Positions 24,371 through 36,221 are shown, counted from the first letter of the stretch. The stretch: DNA of 64,000 nt from Oikopleura dioica (GCA_907165135.1 OU015566.1:3410001-3474000); one strand, 5' to 3'. The notes: generated by a model from the sequence alone, not told the origin. Numbers and translations: made by a program.

Positions 24371-24865
24371 GACTGCGATTTGTGCCTAAAAGAGGGTTGA
24401 TGAAAATTTTTTTTCCAAGGAAAATCTTCTTCAAAAATCCTTTTTATGTTCATTTCAAACCTTGATCTTGCGATTCCTCTGGGAGAGCTTACAGTCATTC
24501 TGACTTTGACAGCCTTTGTATCTTATTTTTTCTTGACTTTTCCCTTTTTTCTGTTGATAATAAAAAATATCAGCGATCTCGAAATCTGCACTCGCCACTG
24601 GCGAGTCGCCAGAGAAAAAAAAATGATAAGCACGGATTTGGTAGCTTTGAATGAAAAAGTGACACCTTGGGACTCGAAAACACGCGCCTCAAAAAACGCG
24701 TTTCATAGAAACAGAGAGACCATTCGTCACACCACCCCACTGCGATGCAGCATGTTAATCACTTTCCATACAAAGAAAATGTGACTCAAGGAACCTTTGA
24801 AATAGAATTCGTAGAAAAAAAAACGAAAATCAAAAATTTGAGCAGATTCGTGGCGATTTGCTCTC

Positions 24866-25072
24866 CTCAGCTTGGCTCACCTCAGCTCAGCCGAGCTCTG
24901 CTCAGCTCAGCTCAGCTCAGCTCGGCTGAGCTCGACCCAGCCCAGCCCAGCCCAGCCCAGCCCAGCCCAGCCCTGCCCAGCCCAGCCCAGCCCAACCCAG
25001 CCCAGCCCAGCCCAGCCCAGCCCAGCCCAGTTCTGCTCAGCCCAGCTAAGCTCAGCCCAGCTCAGCTAGGGC
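24866..25072 (+). repeat. Pentanucleotide array (CTCAG)n-(CCCAG)n-(CTCAG)n; G-rich on the minus strand
   Basis: Directly visible tandem pentamers. The PSPAQ-repeat ORFs are its translation shadow. Confidence 0.95.
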
Positions 25073-26168
25073 TTAGTTTAACCCCTATAAGCGAAGCAGT
25101 CTAAAGAACCCCTTAGACGAAGTGTACAATTTTTGTCGATTTGGCCTTCCTCTTGAGATAATCTCCTGAAAATCACAAATTATACATAAACGAACATTTT
25201 CTTTCAAACTACACTTTTAGATTTTCTATACTACGCACTAGAATTTGTTTTTCTTCTATAATTAATTATGTCGAAATTATTAAAAATCTTCATCCAATCT
25301 TTTCAAAGATCCCAGATTCGAATTCTCCATACTTAAAAACCTTTAAATAAGTTAAAAACAATAGCTCAGAGACGCCTAAAAGATAAATAGAATTTTTTGT
25401 TCCTTTGAAGCGCGCAGGTGGAGGTGAGAAAAACGGTGCTCACGCAGTACTCGTGGGTCTTATCAGACTGAAACTTTTTAGGGAGGTGCGTAATGCGTGT
25501 GCAAATACTCATTTAAGTTTTCAGATCGTTCCGATCTACCAGTTCTGTTTGGCAGGCGATAATAACCCAAAATCGACAAAAATTGTACACTTCGTTTATA
25601 GGGGTTAAGCTCAATCTCGGCTCAAGAAAGTCGGATTTTTCGCTCAACAAATTGAGCGATTTTCAGCTCAAATTTAATGAAACTTCAGTCTTAAAATAAC
25701 AGAAACATCAAAACCCTAACCCTAGAACGACGATTTTTGAATAACTTACTTTGTATAATATTTTTCTATCACCGTCAAAATATCCATCTTTTTCGCAACT
25801 CTCTTTCTGTATTCTTCTTTGCTTACGCGATATTTCCGTGAGAATAAAAGTCTGCAAAACTGAAGCTTAAAATTTTCAAGGTGACAAAATATTGATATTG
25901 CGACTGACTGATGAGTAAGCTCCCACACACGTCCGCCGAGCTCGCTTTTGTTTTCAAAACTAATAAATTTGCGTTCAATTTAATGCTTCGAATAATTTTG
26001 TGGAGCAATAAATTTATGTTTATTGCTCTCAGAAGAACTGCTTCCCTGCTCAATCTTCTAATTGTTAAAAAAGAAAAATAAAGGAGCAAAACAGTTTTTC
26101 ACTTATCTGCTTTTGTAAAAATAATTATGCTCAACAAGCTCATATTTTCGAAACACTTGAGTTTCGAG

Positions 26169-26245
26169 TTATTACTGTAATTTTTAATTATCAATCTTTC
26201 GATTTCCAGATAGGTTTTCTCGAAAAACATCATGAGCAGTAATAA
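26169..26245 (-). promoter_or_regulatory. SECIS element in the deiodinase 3'UTR
   Basis: Minus strand: UUAUUACUG pairs with CAGUAAUAA (9-bp helix I); core AUGAU/UGAU; helix II GUUUUUCGA pairs with UCGAAAGAU (9 bp); apical AAAA plus a CC/GG ministem. Lies about 140 nt after the stop. Confidence 0.85.
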
Positions 26246-26384
26246 AAAATGCAGAAAAATTAGGTTGAACCAATTTATGGAAGTGGTTTGATAAATCAGG
26301 GTTTTGATTGGCCGGTTGGCCGAATACAGCAATCTTATTGGTTATCCAAAAATTCACTTCCATAAATTGGTTTCGTCCGAAAAA

Positions 26385-29300
26385 TTAGTTTTCTTTCAAA
26401 ATTTCCTCCAGTTTTCGCACCATTTCGTCCAAATCGTAACCAAACGGTCCAGGTTCACCAACATACTCGACCTTTTTATTTTTAAAATCGCGAGTCTTTC
26501 AGGAAGGGCTGAGAAAAACTGCTCGATTTCGTCGCCGATTGGGTCGGCGAGAATTGTTCCGATCTCGCCGGCTTCTGCTTGGAGGATTTTTGCGGATTGA
26601 ATTCTGTCGGAGTTGGAAGTTGCCTGGGGAAGATTGTAGGAGTTTTGGATTGCCCAGCCGTCGGTGGGGTGAGCTTCGCGGACGTAGATCGTGAGAAAGG
26701 TTACTAAAAAATTAATGATTTGGGAATAAATTATTTGAAAACGAAGATAAGAAAAAGATTACAATGAGTGATCGACGTCGCAATCTTTTTATCTGTCAGG
26801 CGAAAAATTCATATCAGAAACAGTTTGAAATCTTTTATCGAAAAATCAAAATAAACACGCATAAAATCGAGCATTAAATTCGTCGTCAACGGAAACAAAA
26901 GATCAAATCTTCAAAATGAAAATAGAAAATTACAAAAAAATTCTATATATTTTATCAATAGTGGTTCTTCTCTCAGCTATATCATCCATTACAACGCCAG
27001 TTTTCTTGAGAAGACATGATCACGACTTTGATAAGACACTACCAAATATAGAGAAAAACACGACAGGATCTTATGGAACAAAACAATGGACATCAAACTC
27101 TTTTCCGATGGATTCAGAATCAACAACTCCAACAAGCTCGATTTCAAGTTCTTCTACAACCTCGTCAACCTCTTCAACAAGCACGGTTTCGACAACAACA
27201 AAAGGAAAAACAACAACGGTTTCTAATATGAATCCTTGCTTTGGAGTCGACTGTGGGGAAAAAGGCTCTTGTTTTCCGATTGAAGACGAGGCAACATGTT
27301 TTAGCCCTGATGTGAAAATTGGTTTTCTCACTTACGACCTGGGGTCTCTTTTTCAGTCAGATTTAATGATTTTAAAAGGATTAAGGGGGAGGTCGTCAAT
27401 ATCGGGGTTTCTCTTGAGCAAAAAAGCGGAAAAACCTGATTGGATAGAAAAAACTAAAATTGTCAGGGGAAAGAAAAGGGTTGTAAAATTCTATCGGCGC
27501 AAACGAGAAAAAATTTGGCCAGAAAAATCGGTTAGAAATGCCGCCAAAGTAGGGCCATTTCGCGAAAATTCACCAAAAATGATCATTTTTTCACAAATTC
27601 ATCGATTTTACCCCCTAAAACTTATTTTTATATAATAATTTTAGGCTCAACAGACTCGTCAGAATTTGTAGATTCCAAAAATATAATTTTTATATGCACA
27701 CTATATGTAGAAGTGGGATTTTGATAAACCCTGAAAATCCATATTGACGACCCCCCTCTTAAAAATAAAAGTTAAAAATATTTAATAGAATATAAAGATA
27801 TTTTCTGATTGAATTGCATACCCCATAAGAGGACAGAAATGTATGATACTATCGATAACATTTATTTCAAAATTTGATTAAGATGACAGTTGTAAGGTTT
27901 TGGCAAATCCTGCGGCTTGCTTGATAGTTCCCCACTTTACGTATTCTCTAGTGCGGTGAATGAAAGACGAAACTCTGGAAAAGGTGTTGCTCGAGTTTTA
28001 TTTACAAGACGACTGAGATGCACGCGTAGCGCGCAGTAAGATGTGGCCTCAGATAAAATCTCCGGCCTCAGGGTTCGTAAAACCTCACATCCCCCCTAGA
28101 GTTTAGTATGAGGGTACAGTAAGAGAAGAATTGCATCGCAAGTCGGCTTCTGAGAAGTAGTTGGCGGACAGGCGAGACCTTTTCGAAATTGCTCTAGTAG
28201 TTTTGAGTACTGACTGGAGAGCGGCAATTTCTCTTGGGAGTAGATGGCGGCGACGATGTACGAGCAACAACACACTTGAGCGGCGTATCCAAGATTTCCG
28301 TCGGGATCGTGGGAAAGTTCACCGGGGTCGTCGACAGCGGCGGACGCTGATTGGCTGGTCGGTCGAGATTTCCGGCCAATCTGCCCAAATCGGACTTTTC
28401 AAGGGCAGAATTTTCTGCTCGTTCCTGGGAATTCGTTGTCGAGAGAAACGTGGCATTCTGTCCAAGGTAGACTTGAGGTTGATCTGTAGCGGGGTCCGAA
28501 GGATTCTGCGACGAAGTATTTTTCGCGACGGTTGAAGTTGGAGATTCGACGATTGTAGTTTGATGTTCTGTGCTGAGAGAACTATCTTTCTTCGTTTTAC
28601 CAGAGACATCCCCCTTAGACGAAGAAGGCATCGAATCAGCTTTGAAACTAGCAGCTTGGATCTGACCAGTATCAAATGCAGGGGTTTCGGTGAGCACTTT
28701 TTCGGTAGGCTCGACTACCAGTGAAGATTGGGCCTGCGGAATCGAGTTCTGCTCACGGTTTCGTACCTCGCCAGGCACGGAGTGCAACTCTGCGTCTTCC
28801 GGAAATTCGCCAAGTGACTGCGGAGAAGTTGCAGATGCGGCCTTGAGCTCTTTAAGATCAGCTGTGATCGTATTTTGGTGCTCCAAAGGCGCGTGTGTAG
28901 GCAGATCGTGGCCGAGACTTTGCTTCACCGACAAAGTCAGGCTTCCATCGGGTACCTGATGAACCTCGTTTCCACCGTCAGGTTTGGCGATCCCAACCCG
29001 CGAGTTTCGCTTGAGCTGGACCTTCAACGGTGAAAATGACTTGTACCTGCCATCGAAGTTCAGGCGAAGGTAGGTTTTCTCGAATTCGACTGATCGAATT
29101 TCTGGAGATTGGAAGATGTCGCGCCCTAGCAGGCTTGGGCAATCCTCCAGCACGTAGACTTTTGCTTCTAATTCAGGGCCCGCGTCGAAGATCATTTTCA
29201 TCTCCAAATAGCCAAGTGGGCTTTTGGCGGCACCATACAGTCCAGAAATCGTCAATGGAGCTGGTTTCAGCTGCGACAGTAACTTTTCAGGGACTACCTT

Positions 29301-32288
29301 CTTTGGCAGCATAGTGGCGCAGGATCCGGAGTCGATCTCTACGTCGGTGACGAACGAGCAGTTGTCACGTGTGAATTTGATGCTAGCGGTGTAGGGGTCT
29401 GGCACTAGCTTTGGCAAAGATTGGTACACTGGAGCAGCTCGCCAGCACGCAAGGGTAATGGCCGATTCATCCTCGTGTGCATTGTCGGTGGTTGGTTGAG
29501 CTGTGGCTTGCTTGACTTGCTGGTCATTATTACCGGTCTCAGAATCTTTGCTGTTTTGACCACCATTTTTGGTACGGTAAGCCCCTCGTTTACCGTTTTT
29601 AGTTTTGTTGTCGGGCTTCGACTTGTTATCGCGGCGTTTTCCCAAGTAGTAGCAGTTGGCGTCGGTCGGAGTCATATTTCGGCGGAGTGTCTCAGCGACA
29701 GCAGCTAAATCATCTGGTCTGAAACTGTCGGACATTTTGTCGATCAACTTGTTGTAAAGATCTGGCATCTGGAGACGGAGCTTTTCTGACAGGAGATGCG
29801 TACCAAAGAGATAGAAGCAATCTTGGGCGGTCATCTCTTTATCAGGATTTACGCGTTTGAATTCACGTAGACAAGCTTCATACGCCTCGTTTAGCTTTTG
29901 TTGGACCTTTCCGGCATAGTCGTGGAGCGGCAAATCAGCATCGCAGTCGGTAGCAGCAGCTTCAGCGATGATCAAAAGGTGGTTGAGCTTTCCGCCGAAC
30001 TGTCTGTTGATGAGTTTACGGGCGGCTTCGTAGTCTGCACATTTATCAAGAGCATCACCGATGGCGCGAGACGGGGCAACATCCAGATGGGCGCGCAAAC
30101 AGCTGAGAAAGAACTGCTGTTTGTCCATGGCGGGCTTGCCGGTGGCGCGGTCGATGATGTAACTCTTTTGGAAGGAGTCGGCGAGACCGAGGAAGTGATC
30201 AGTTTCTTGTGGGCTGGTACCTTGGAACTTTGAAGTGCCGAAGTGGCGGGTGAATGCCGTGTTGATGACAGAAGCGGAGATGACAGAGCTACCAGCAGTG
30301 GACTGAGCAGCAGGAGCGCCAAGAGGTAACTTTCCAGACATGACGAGAGAAGTGCACTTATCGATGATCGCTTGGTACTCTCCGATCTGGTTTTGACCTC
30401 TTCGTTTTCTCGTAGTGTAGCTGGGAGCTTTTCAAGGGCTTCTTTCTGCGCTCGAGTTGTGCTGGCGAACTCCAGGGCTTCTTTTACAGTTTTGATGCTG
30501 TCCGGGTTGAATGACATTTTCAGCGATGAAGACGGAGATATGCTGGCGAGACGCTGCGAATGGACTGAGTCGACTGGTTATCTGTTGGGTAAGACTTGTA
30601 CCTGGACCGATCCCTTTGACGCTAGATAGTTAAAGTCTAGGTCAAATTATAGGGATGATAGGCGAGCTGAGAGCGACAGGAAATCCCCAAACCAGATTTT
30701 AGGAGGCCAGTGACTGGTGGGTGCGGCGAGGTGAAGAACGAAGTAGCAACAGCAGCGCGGGCCGGACTAGAATGCGCGAGAAATCAGCAGCAAAACGGTT
30801 GTACCTGGCCTGACCCCAGTGAACTCAGATAGAGATCACTTTTAGGGGCTTGCGGAGCGGGAGCTAGTGGCGACGGTTGGGCTGATTCGATCAGCGGGAG
30901 TGCGCGAAAAGTTTTACGCCGTTGGTTCCACAGGAGAAGGATGCGCGGCCTTGGAACGGAAAAGGCGTCTTCCGGGAAGAAATCAGGTTTAGCGTCGACG
31001 AAGAATTGATTGGAGAGCGGTTGATTGTTCGAGGATCCTTGTAGATTTTAGTTTTACCGGTAAGTTGTACTCGAGGAGCCGTCTTGTCTTCGCACAATTA
31101 CGATGACACCACTTGTAAGGTTTTGGCAAATCCTGCGGCTTGCTTGATAGTTCCCCACTTTACGTATTCTCTAGTGCGGTGAATGAAAGACGAAACTCTG
31201 GAAAAGGTGTTGCTCGAGTTTTATTTACAAGACGACTGAGATGCACGCGTAGCGCGCAGTAAGATGTGGCCTCAGATAAAATCTCCGGCCTCAGGGTTCG
31301 TAAAACCTCACACAGTTAAATGCGCAACAAAAACCTCAGTCGATAGAATGCTCGTCAAACATGAGTGCCTTGCTGGAAATTCGGCGATTCCCTGTGAAAC
31401 TGATGGAGTCAAAATTCATCATACATTTCTCGAAGCAACGGAAAGAAAAAACGAGTACTGCATCAATACTCATGTCTCTGAAGATGACCCGCCGATGCGA
31501 GCGATGTACTATAAAGACCTTCCTCTTCATGAAGATCCTAGTCTACTCGGGCTTGTTCTTCAACGACCATTTGGCGCGAATAACCATTATAATTCTGAGT
31601 TTGGGGACACTTGGATTCTCGACAAGCAAGAATGCATGGAAGAAAAATGTCCTTACATTGTGAGAGCGGGAGAACGTCCTCATAAAGGTGATGAAAAACA
31701 AAGAATAATTCTTTAAAATCAGGTTGGAAACGGAATCCGAGTCATTCCCAAATGGAGTCTAGCGACAACTGGCTCTTGTTCGAACAAATCGAAGACGACA
31801 ATGATGACTTTCTTTGGTTCATTGAAACCCAAATCAAAAACTGAATATCAGAAGCTCTTTGATTGAAAAATATATATTTACATTTCCTTGTTGATGAAAA
31901 TCTATTACCTGATGGAAATTTTTTCAAAATTTTCTTGAACTCTTTTATCGAGTCCATAAACGGAGGTCACGTGCACGAGCCAAAGTTGAGGACGGTTATT
32001 TCGCCAAGATACTTTTCAAGTTCCTCTAATCCAGAAGTCTCGATATTGAGAACTTGAAAATTTGGGACTTCTTTTCTGATCGGTAGGGGAATTGTCGAGT
32101 TACGAATTCTCTCCCGGTAGAGTTCCAGGTAGCATTGAATAGGGCTTGAATTTAGTTTGAAAGGGATGAGAAAGGAAGCTCTACCTTTTGCGAAAGAGTC
32201 CAGGAAACTGGCCGGAAATGTCGAGCCAGAAAAGGATCGGAATCCGTAGAATCGTTTGAATGTGAGCCCAAATTATATAGGCCCACAT
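26385..32288 (-). CDS. DIO: Iodothyronine deiodinase, a selenoprotein (~219 aa, 3 exons)
   Basis: Exons 32288-32185, 32144-31909 and 26703-26385. Motifs VLNFGSCT-TGA(31969-31967)-PPF, TFLTIYVREAHPTDGW, ALPERL and GEPGPFGYDL. Hydrophobic N-terminus. One A is missing in the run at 26479-83. Confidence 0.92.
26916..31716 (+). CDS. Gene or genes nested antisense in the deiodinase intron: signal/TM, S/T-rich stalk and EGF-like motif at the 5' end; the 3' exon is split by the LTR element
   Basis: 26916-27298 encodes MKIENYKKILYILSIVVLLSAISS...TTT...NPCFGVDCGEKGSCFPIEDEATC. A 42-bp GT-AG intron at 27841-27882 precedes ATGACAGT, and the frame continues after the LTR as TVKCATK...KQRIIL* (ends 31716). 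Linkage of the two parts is unproven. Confidence 0.5.
27891..31312 (-). mobile_element. Ty3/gypsy-type (Tor-like) LTR retroelement, 3422 bp, non-autonomous (gag-protease only)
   Basis: Two 199-bp TG...CA LTRs (27891-28089 and 31114-31312) that I read as identical. TSD CAGT. PBS TGGTGTCATCG from 31111 and PPT AGGGGGGA at 28097-28090. AATAAA in the LTR on the minus strand. Confidence 0.95.
28194..30517 (-). CDS. gag-pro: Gag plus aspartic protease polyprotein with a disordered C-terminal tail; no RT, RNase H or integrase
   Basis: Protease motif VEIDSGSCATMLP...CPSLLGRDIF. The 30517 ORF (MSFNPDS...ENEEVK) joins the 715-aa ORF (NQIGEYQ...MSGK) if one A is added at 30391-94. No YxDD or HHCC motif. 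Confidence 0.8.
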
Positions 32289-33824
32289 TTTTGTTAATTC
32301 GTTTCTCTTTTTTCGCGATTGTGAGATGTTTTATTTGCCTTCCTTAAGTCGTCAAGACTTGCGTAAGAAGGAAAACATTAAGTAATTACAGAAACACAAA
32401 ATTCTGAAAAACGAGATAATTTGATTGATTAGGCAGGTGCATCGTTGCTTGCGAGTTTTTCGAATAGGCAATCCATCTTTGTCCATTCATCGGAACCGCT
32501 CTTTTTTGAACTAACAATTTTGACCTCGATTTTTCTGAACCTTTTTTAATAAAACAAAAAATAAGGGGATCAATAATCAATCGATTATCACGTCAATTAC
32601 GGTTAGTTGTAAAATTATTTTGAGTCCAAAATGATTTCGAAATGCGCCATGTCAAGTGAATGAATTTGCTTAACAATGTTACACGTTACTTTCGGAGAAT
32701 TAGCGGCGGAGAATGTTGAAAACAAGGATAGAGAGAGCCCCAATTTCTTTAGCCCTGGAGCTAGACCTCACCCACTTTTCATGTTTTCTGCAGATTGCCG
32801 CCAAAACGGGTTCAACATAAGCACCGCAACTACTCAACTGATAAGCCTTCCGAACGACTTGATAATGCTTAAGGACTTTCCAAGAAGAAGGATAATTATA
32901 TTAAGGACCCCCCCCCAAATCAAGCATCGAGAAAATAGGCCTCCTGGGAGCAATTTTTTCTAAAAAACTATCTTAGATACACCCTTAATTTTAGTTGGAA
33001 CTTTTAGATCAAACTCTCTTCTGCAAAAAGTCCCCTTTTGATGAGCCAATTTAAGAGTATACAGGCCGTTGGAGGTAGCGTTGCTAGGAGCGGGTTTTTA
33101 AAGAATTTTTATTGAGGTAGACCCTTAATTTTTTCAGGATAAAGCTAGATCCGTTCGATATTTGAAAGTTTTTGATCGACAAAGAGTCCAGAATTTTGAG
33201 GACAGTCCCTTAAAATTTTTGTTTCTTCAGTAAAACTCAAAAATAGACTCCTTCGAATTTAAAAATTATAAGATGTCGAAAATCCGACCGCGGAATCTTG
33301 CACAAGCTTTTATCTCCAATGCCTGCGGCATTCTACTGAAAAAATAAAATTCCAGCGAAATTGGGTTAAACCGGAGAGTCCACGGTCTAATTGGATTAAA
33401 TCAGAAGAGAAGCACCTCTTCTCATCATTTTTAAAAACCGTTCAATTCGACCGAGCAAAAACAAGTTGTGGCTCTTTTGCAAGGTTGTATCAACAACTCT
33501 GGACATTTCCAATCTTGCGAAATCGAGTCTTAGAATAAAGGCGAAGCATAAATATTATGGCATCGAGCGGCGGACATGCTCACGTTAATTTTTTTAGGCA
33601 AAATAAGCCTTGGAAACTATCGTAAAAAGTAAACTTCCGGAAATTCGTTATTATGTCGATTCTAATAGAAGGAAATTTTCATCAGAAATAACCCCCTAGA
33701 TGATAATTTTCGACCTAAAATTCGAGTTTTTATTCAGAAGAAACTCATTTTATGAAAAATAAGGGCAATCATGATTATAAAAAGTTATTATGGTTATTAT
33801 TTGAATTATTATTTTAAAAATATA

Positions 33825-34496
33825 CCGTGGTTTTCCATTTTAAGAGCGTTTTTTGGATGACAGGTCTCGCTCAAATCGCTCTTAGATTGGAAATTTTTCA
33901 ATCAAGGTAGGATGACAGTGGGATTTTTAATTTTTGTGACAACCTTGTGTTCTGTAATTAAAAAAAGATCCGATGTTTTCTTGACGATTTCATCGTCGAT
34001 CATGATCATCTGAACATCAAGGAAGAAGATCTCGTGAACAAAGCGAACGAAATCTTCATGAACATGAATCCAGCAATCTTCAAGCGCTATTCGATCAATA
34101 CTGGGCTGATCAAGGAAGAAGAATTCGAAGCAGCTGTTGAAGATTTTGAGGATTTGGATGTTTTGTGTGCTGGAGAAAGAAGACGAGGAAGAGCTGGTCG
34201 AGCATTTTCTGGCGCTTCAAATCGATGAAACACGATCCGCGACCCCGATGGAGATTGAAGAAGAACCTCAAGTTCAAGAGATAGAGACCCTGCGAAGCCT
34301 TCGACTTCAAAATAGCCAGAAAAGCAGTCAAAGATTACAAAATTTTTTAATAAATGATTCACTGTAAGTCTGAAAATTTTTTGAAAAAAAAATCTTCAAA
34401 ACCGCTCTTAAACTGGAATTTTGGAAGATGACAACATTTTCAAAATATAGGCAAAAACGCTCTTAAAGTGGGCGCTCTTAAAATGGAAAACCACGG
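33825..34496 (+). mobile_element. Internally deleted pogo/Tc1-mariner-type DNA transposon, nested inside an outer inverted-repeat element (~33700-34612)
   Basis: Perfect 24-bp TIR CCGTGGTTTTCCATTTTAAGAGCG with TA on both sides. The interior has a broken acidic ORF (IRCFLDDFIVDHDH...ETRSATPMEIEE) consistent with a transposase C-terminus, but no DDE core is seen. Confidence 0.75.
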
Positions 34497-36214
34497 TATT
34501 ATTAATTTAACAGGTGATAATTTTTTTTGCAATAATGATGACTTTTTTTTAAATAAAATGAGTTTATTATGAATAAAAACTGGAATTTTAGGTCGAAAAT
34601 TATAATCATTGAGGTCATTTTTGTTGATAAGTTTGACTTCAGATTTGTTAATCCTTAAAAATGGCACCTTTTCGGGGAATATATAATCCGTACAGGAAGA
34701 AAATTGATCTAAAAATTGAGAAAAATGAGCTCTCGGTTTTTCTTGGGCTAGCCCGGCTAGGTCATGTTCAAAGGCTTCGCACTTTAGATAAGGAAGTGAA
34801 CTGGAAATCATCTTTCTTCTTATCAGTCGACCGGTGAGAAGGCACCAGCGATGAATAGGCTGTTCGCACCTCTAGAATTGAGTAGGCACAGATTTCATTT
34901 CATGTTCAAAGATGATAACTTATCATTGATAAGAAGGATTTGCTCATCGTTTGGCTGGTAAGAAAAATAAAAGTCCAGAGGATTTCTCTGAGTATTTGAG
35001 TTCAAAACCAGGATCTTTGAAGCTCATGCTCTTAAAATTCGAGAGCGCTGGATCACTTCTCACTTCACTTAAAACCCTCAAGATTACAGCATTCTGACAA
35101 AGCACGTTATTTTCATACTTTCCGAGAAACCCCTATTCTTTCAAAAATTGACCTTGGAAAATGAAAAAAGGAACGTGAAGCTGAAAATGTGACAAGAGAA
35201 ACGGGAGGGAATGAGAATAGAACGCGCAGCTGCAGTTTAAATTTGCACGTGCGAGAATTCTAGAGCGCGCGCGGGCACAGACGGATCCATCAAATTTATT
35301 CAAGAGCTTGTTTCACGCTTCTCTAGAATTTTTTTTACATTGAACTTTCAAGGCAAAAATGATTCGTTTTTAGTCAGGTTTTTTAGTCAAAAAACGTCTC
35401 TTTTGCCTCGAAAAATCGTTTTGTGAGTAGTAAAATAGTCATTTTATATGTTAAAATGAGTAAAAGAGACGTGAAATTGTCTCTTCTGACATATTTAAAA
35501 AAAATTCGAGTGAAATTGTGATTTTGGAAGCTCAAGAATCTATTTTTGGCTCAAAAATAGCCAAGAAAAATGATACGTAAGAACAAGCAATTTAGCGAAT
35601 TGAAACTGAATCACCAATTTTCCGAAAATTACCAACTTAATCACGCACTTGAGAACAACGTCAAATGATTATGGATAAGTGCCAACTCAAGTCACCGCAA
35701 GAATTTCAATGTTTACTGCGTAGAACCTGCTTGTTCAGCTATTTCCGAGCGTAGATGAAAAAATTCTACGCTCAAGTCTTTAACACGTTTTTGAAGATGA
35801 GTTCTAGACTCTTAGACTCCGCGATTTCAAGTGTTTGGTAGGGCGAGAAAGTCGTTATGTACTTCACTGACCGTTTTCAGATTCGGTTTCAGAAAAAAAT
35901 AATTTTAGATAAAAAAAATTTCTTTTCGTTAAAAAATGGTGACAGTCGATTGAATATTGTTGCCTTTGAATTTGTTAAATATTATTTTTTTAAATAAATA
36001 TTATAGAAAAAAACTGTAAAATCACCAATTTTTTGGCAAAAATTCTTTTAAAATTGCTTAAATGATCGAAATAATTCGACAAAAATTGCTGCGCGGAAAT
36101 TACAAAACAATTTCAAGTTCCACGAAGCGATTCACTTTCGCCTAACTGCTGCTGCCACCACTTTTCAGAAGATTATCATCCGCAGTGCCGCGGGCCCTGC
36201 TCCACCAAGTTCCA

Positions 36215-36221
36215 TATAAAA
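36215..36221 (+). promoter_or_regulatory. TATA box of the TSP1-repeat gene
   Basis: TATAAAA followed by a short non-coding exon (donor GGTAAG ~36262) and a 5'UTR intron ending at TTTCAG ~36466. Confidence 0.6.

Noticed and set aside
24745-25104. ORFs with PSPAQ/SSAQL repeats
   Set aside because: They are translations of the pentanucleotide array.
25905-26000. TGATGA resembling a snoRNA C box
   Set aside because: No D box (CTGA) or terminal stem at a suitable distance.
26730-26810. Alternative upstream deiodinase exon with an in-frame TGA (LFLI*IFRLTD...)
   Set aside because: It lacks the FGSCT-U-P motif. The true Sec exon at 31909-32144 splices in phase to 26703.
33260-35010. Possible minus-strand gene spanning the nested transposons
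   Set aside because: An open frame exists at ~34670-34850, but I could not build a stop-free exon chain or recognise a domain.
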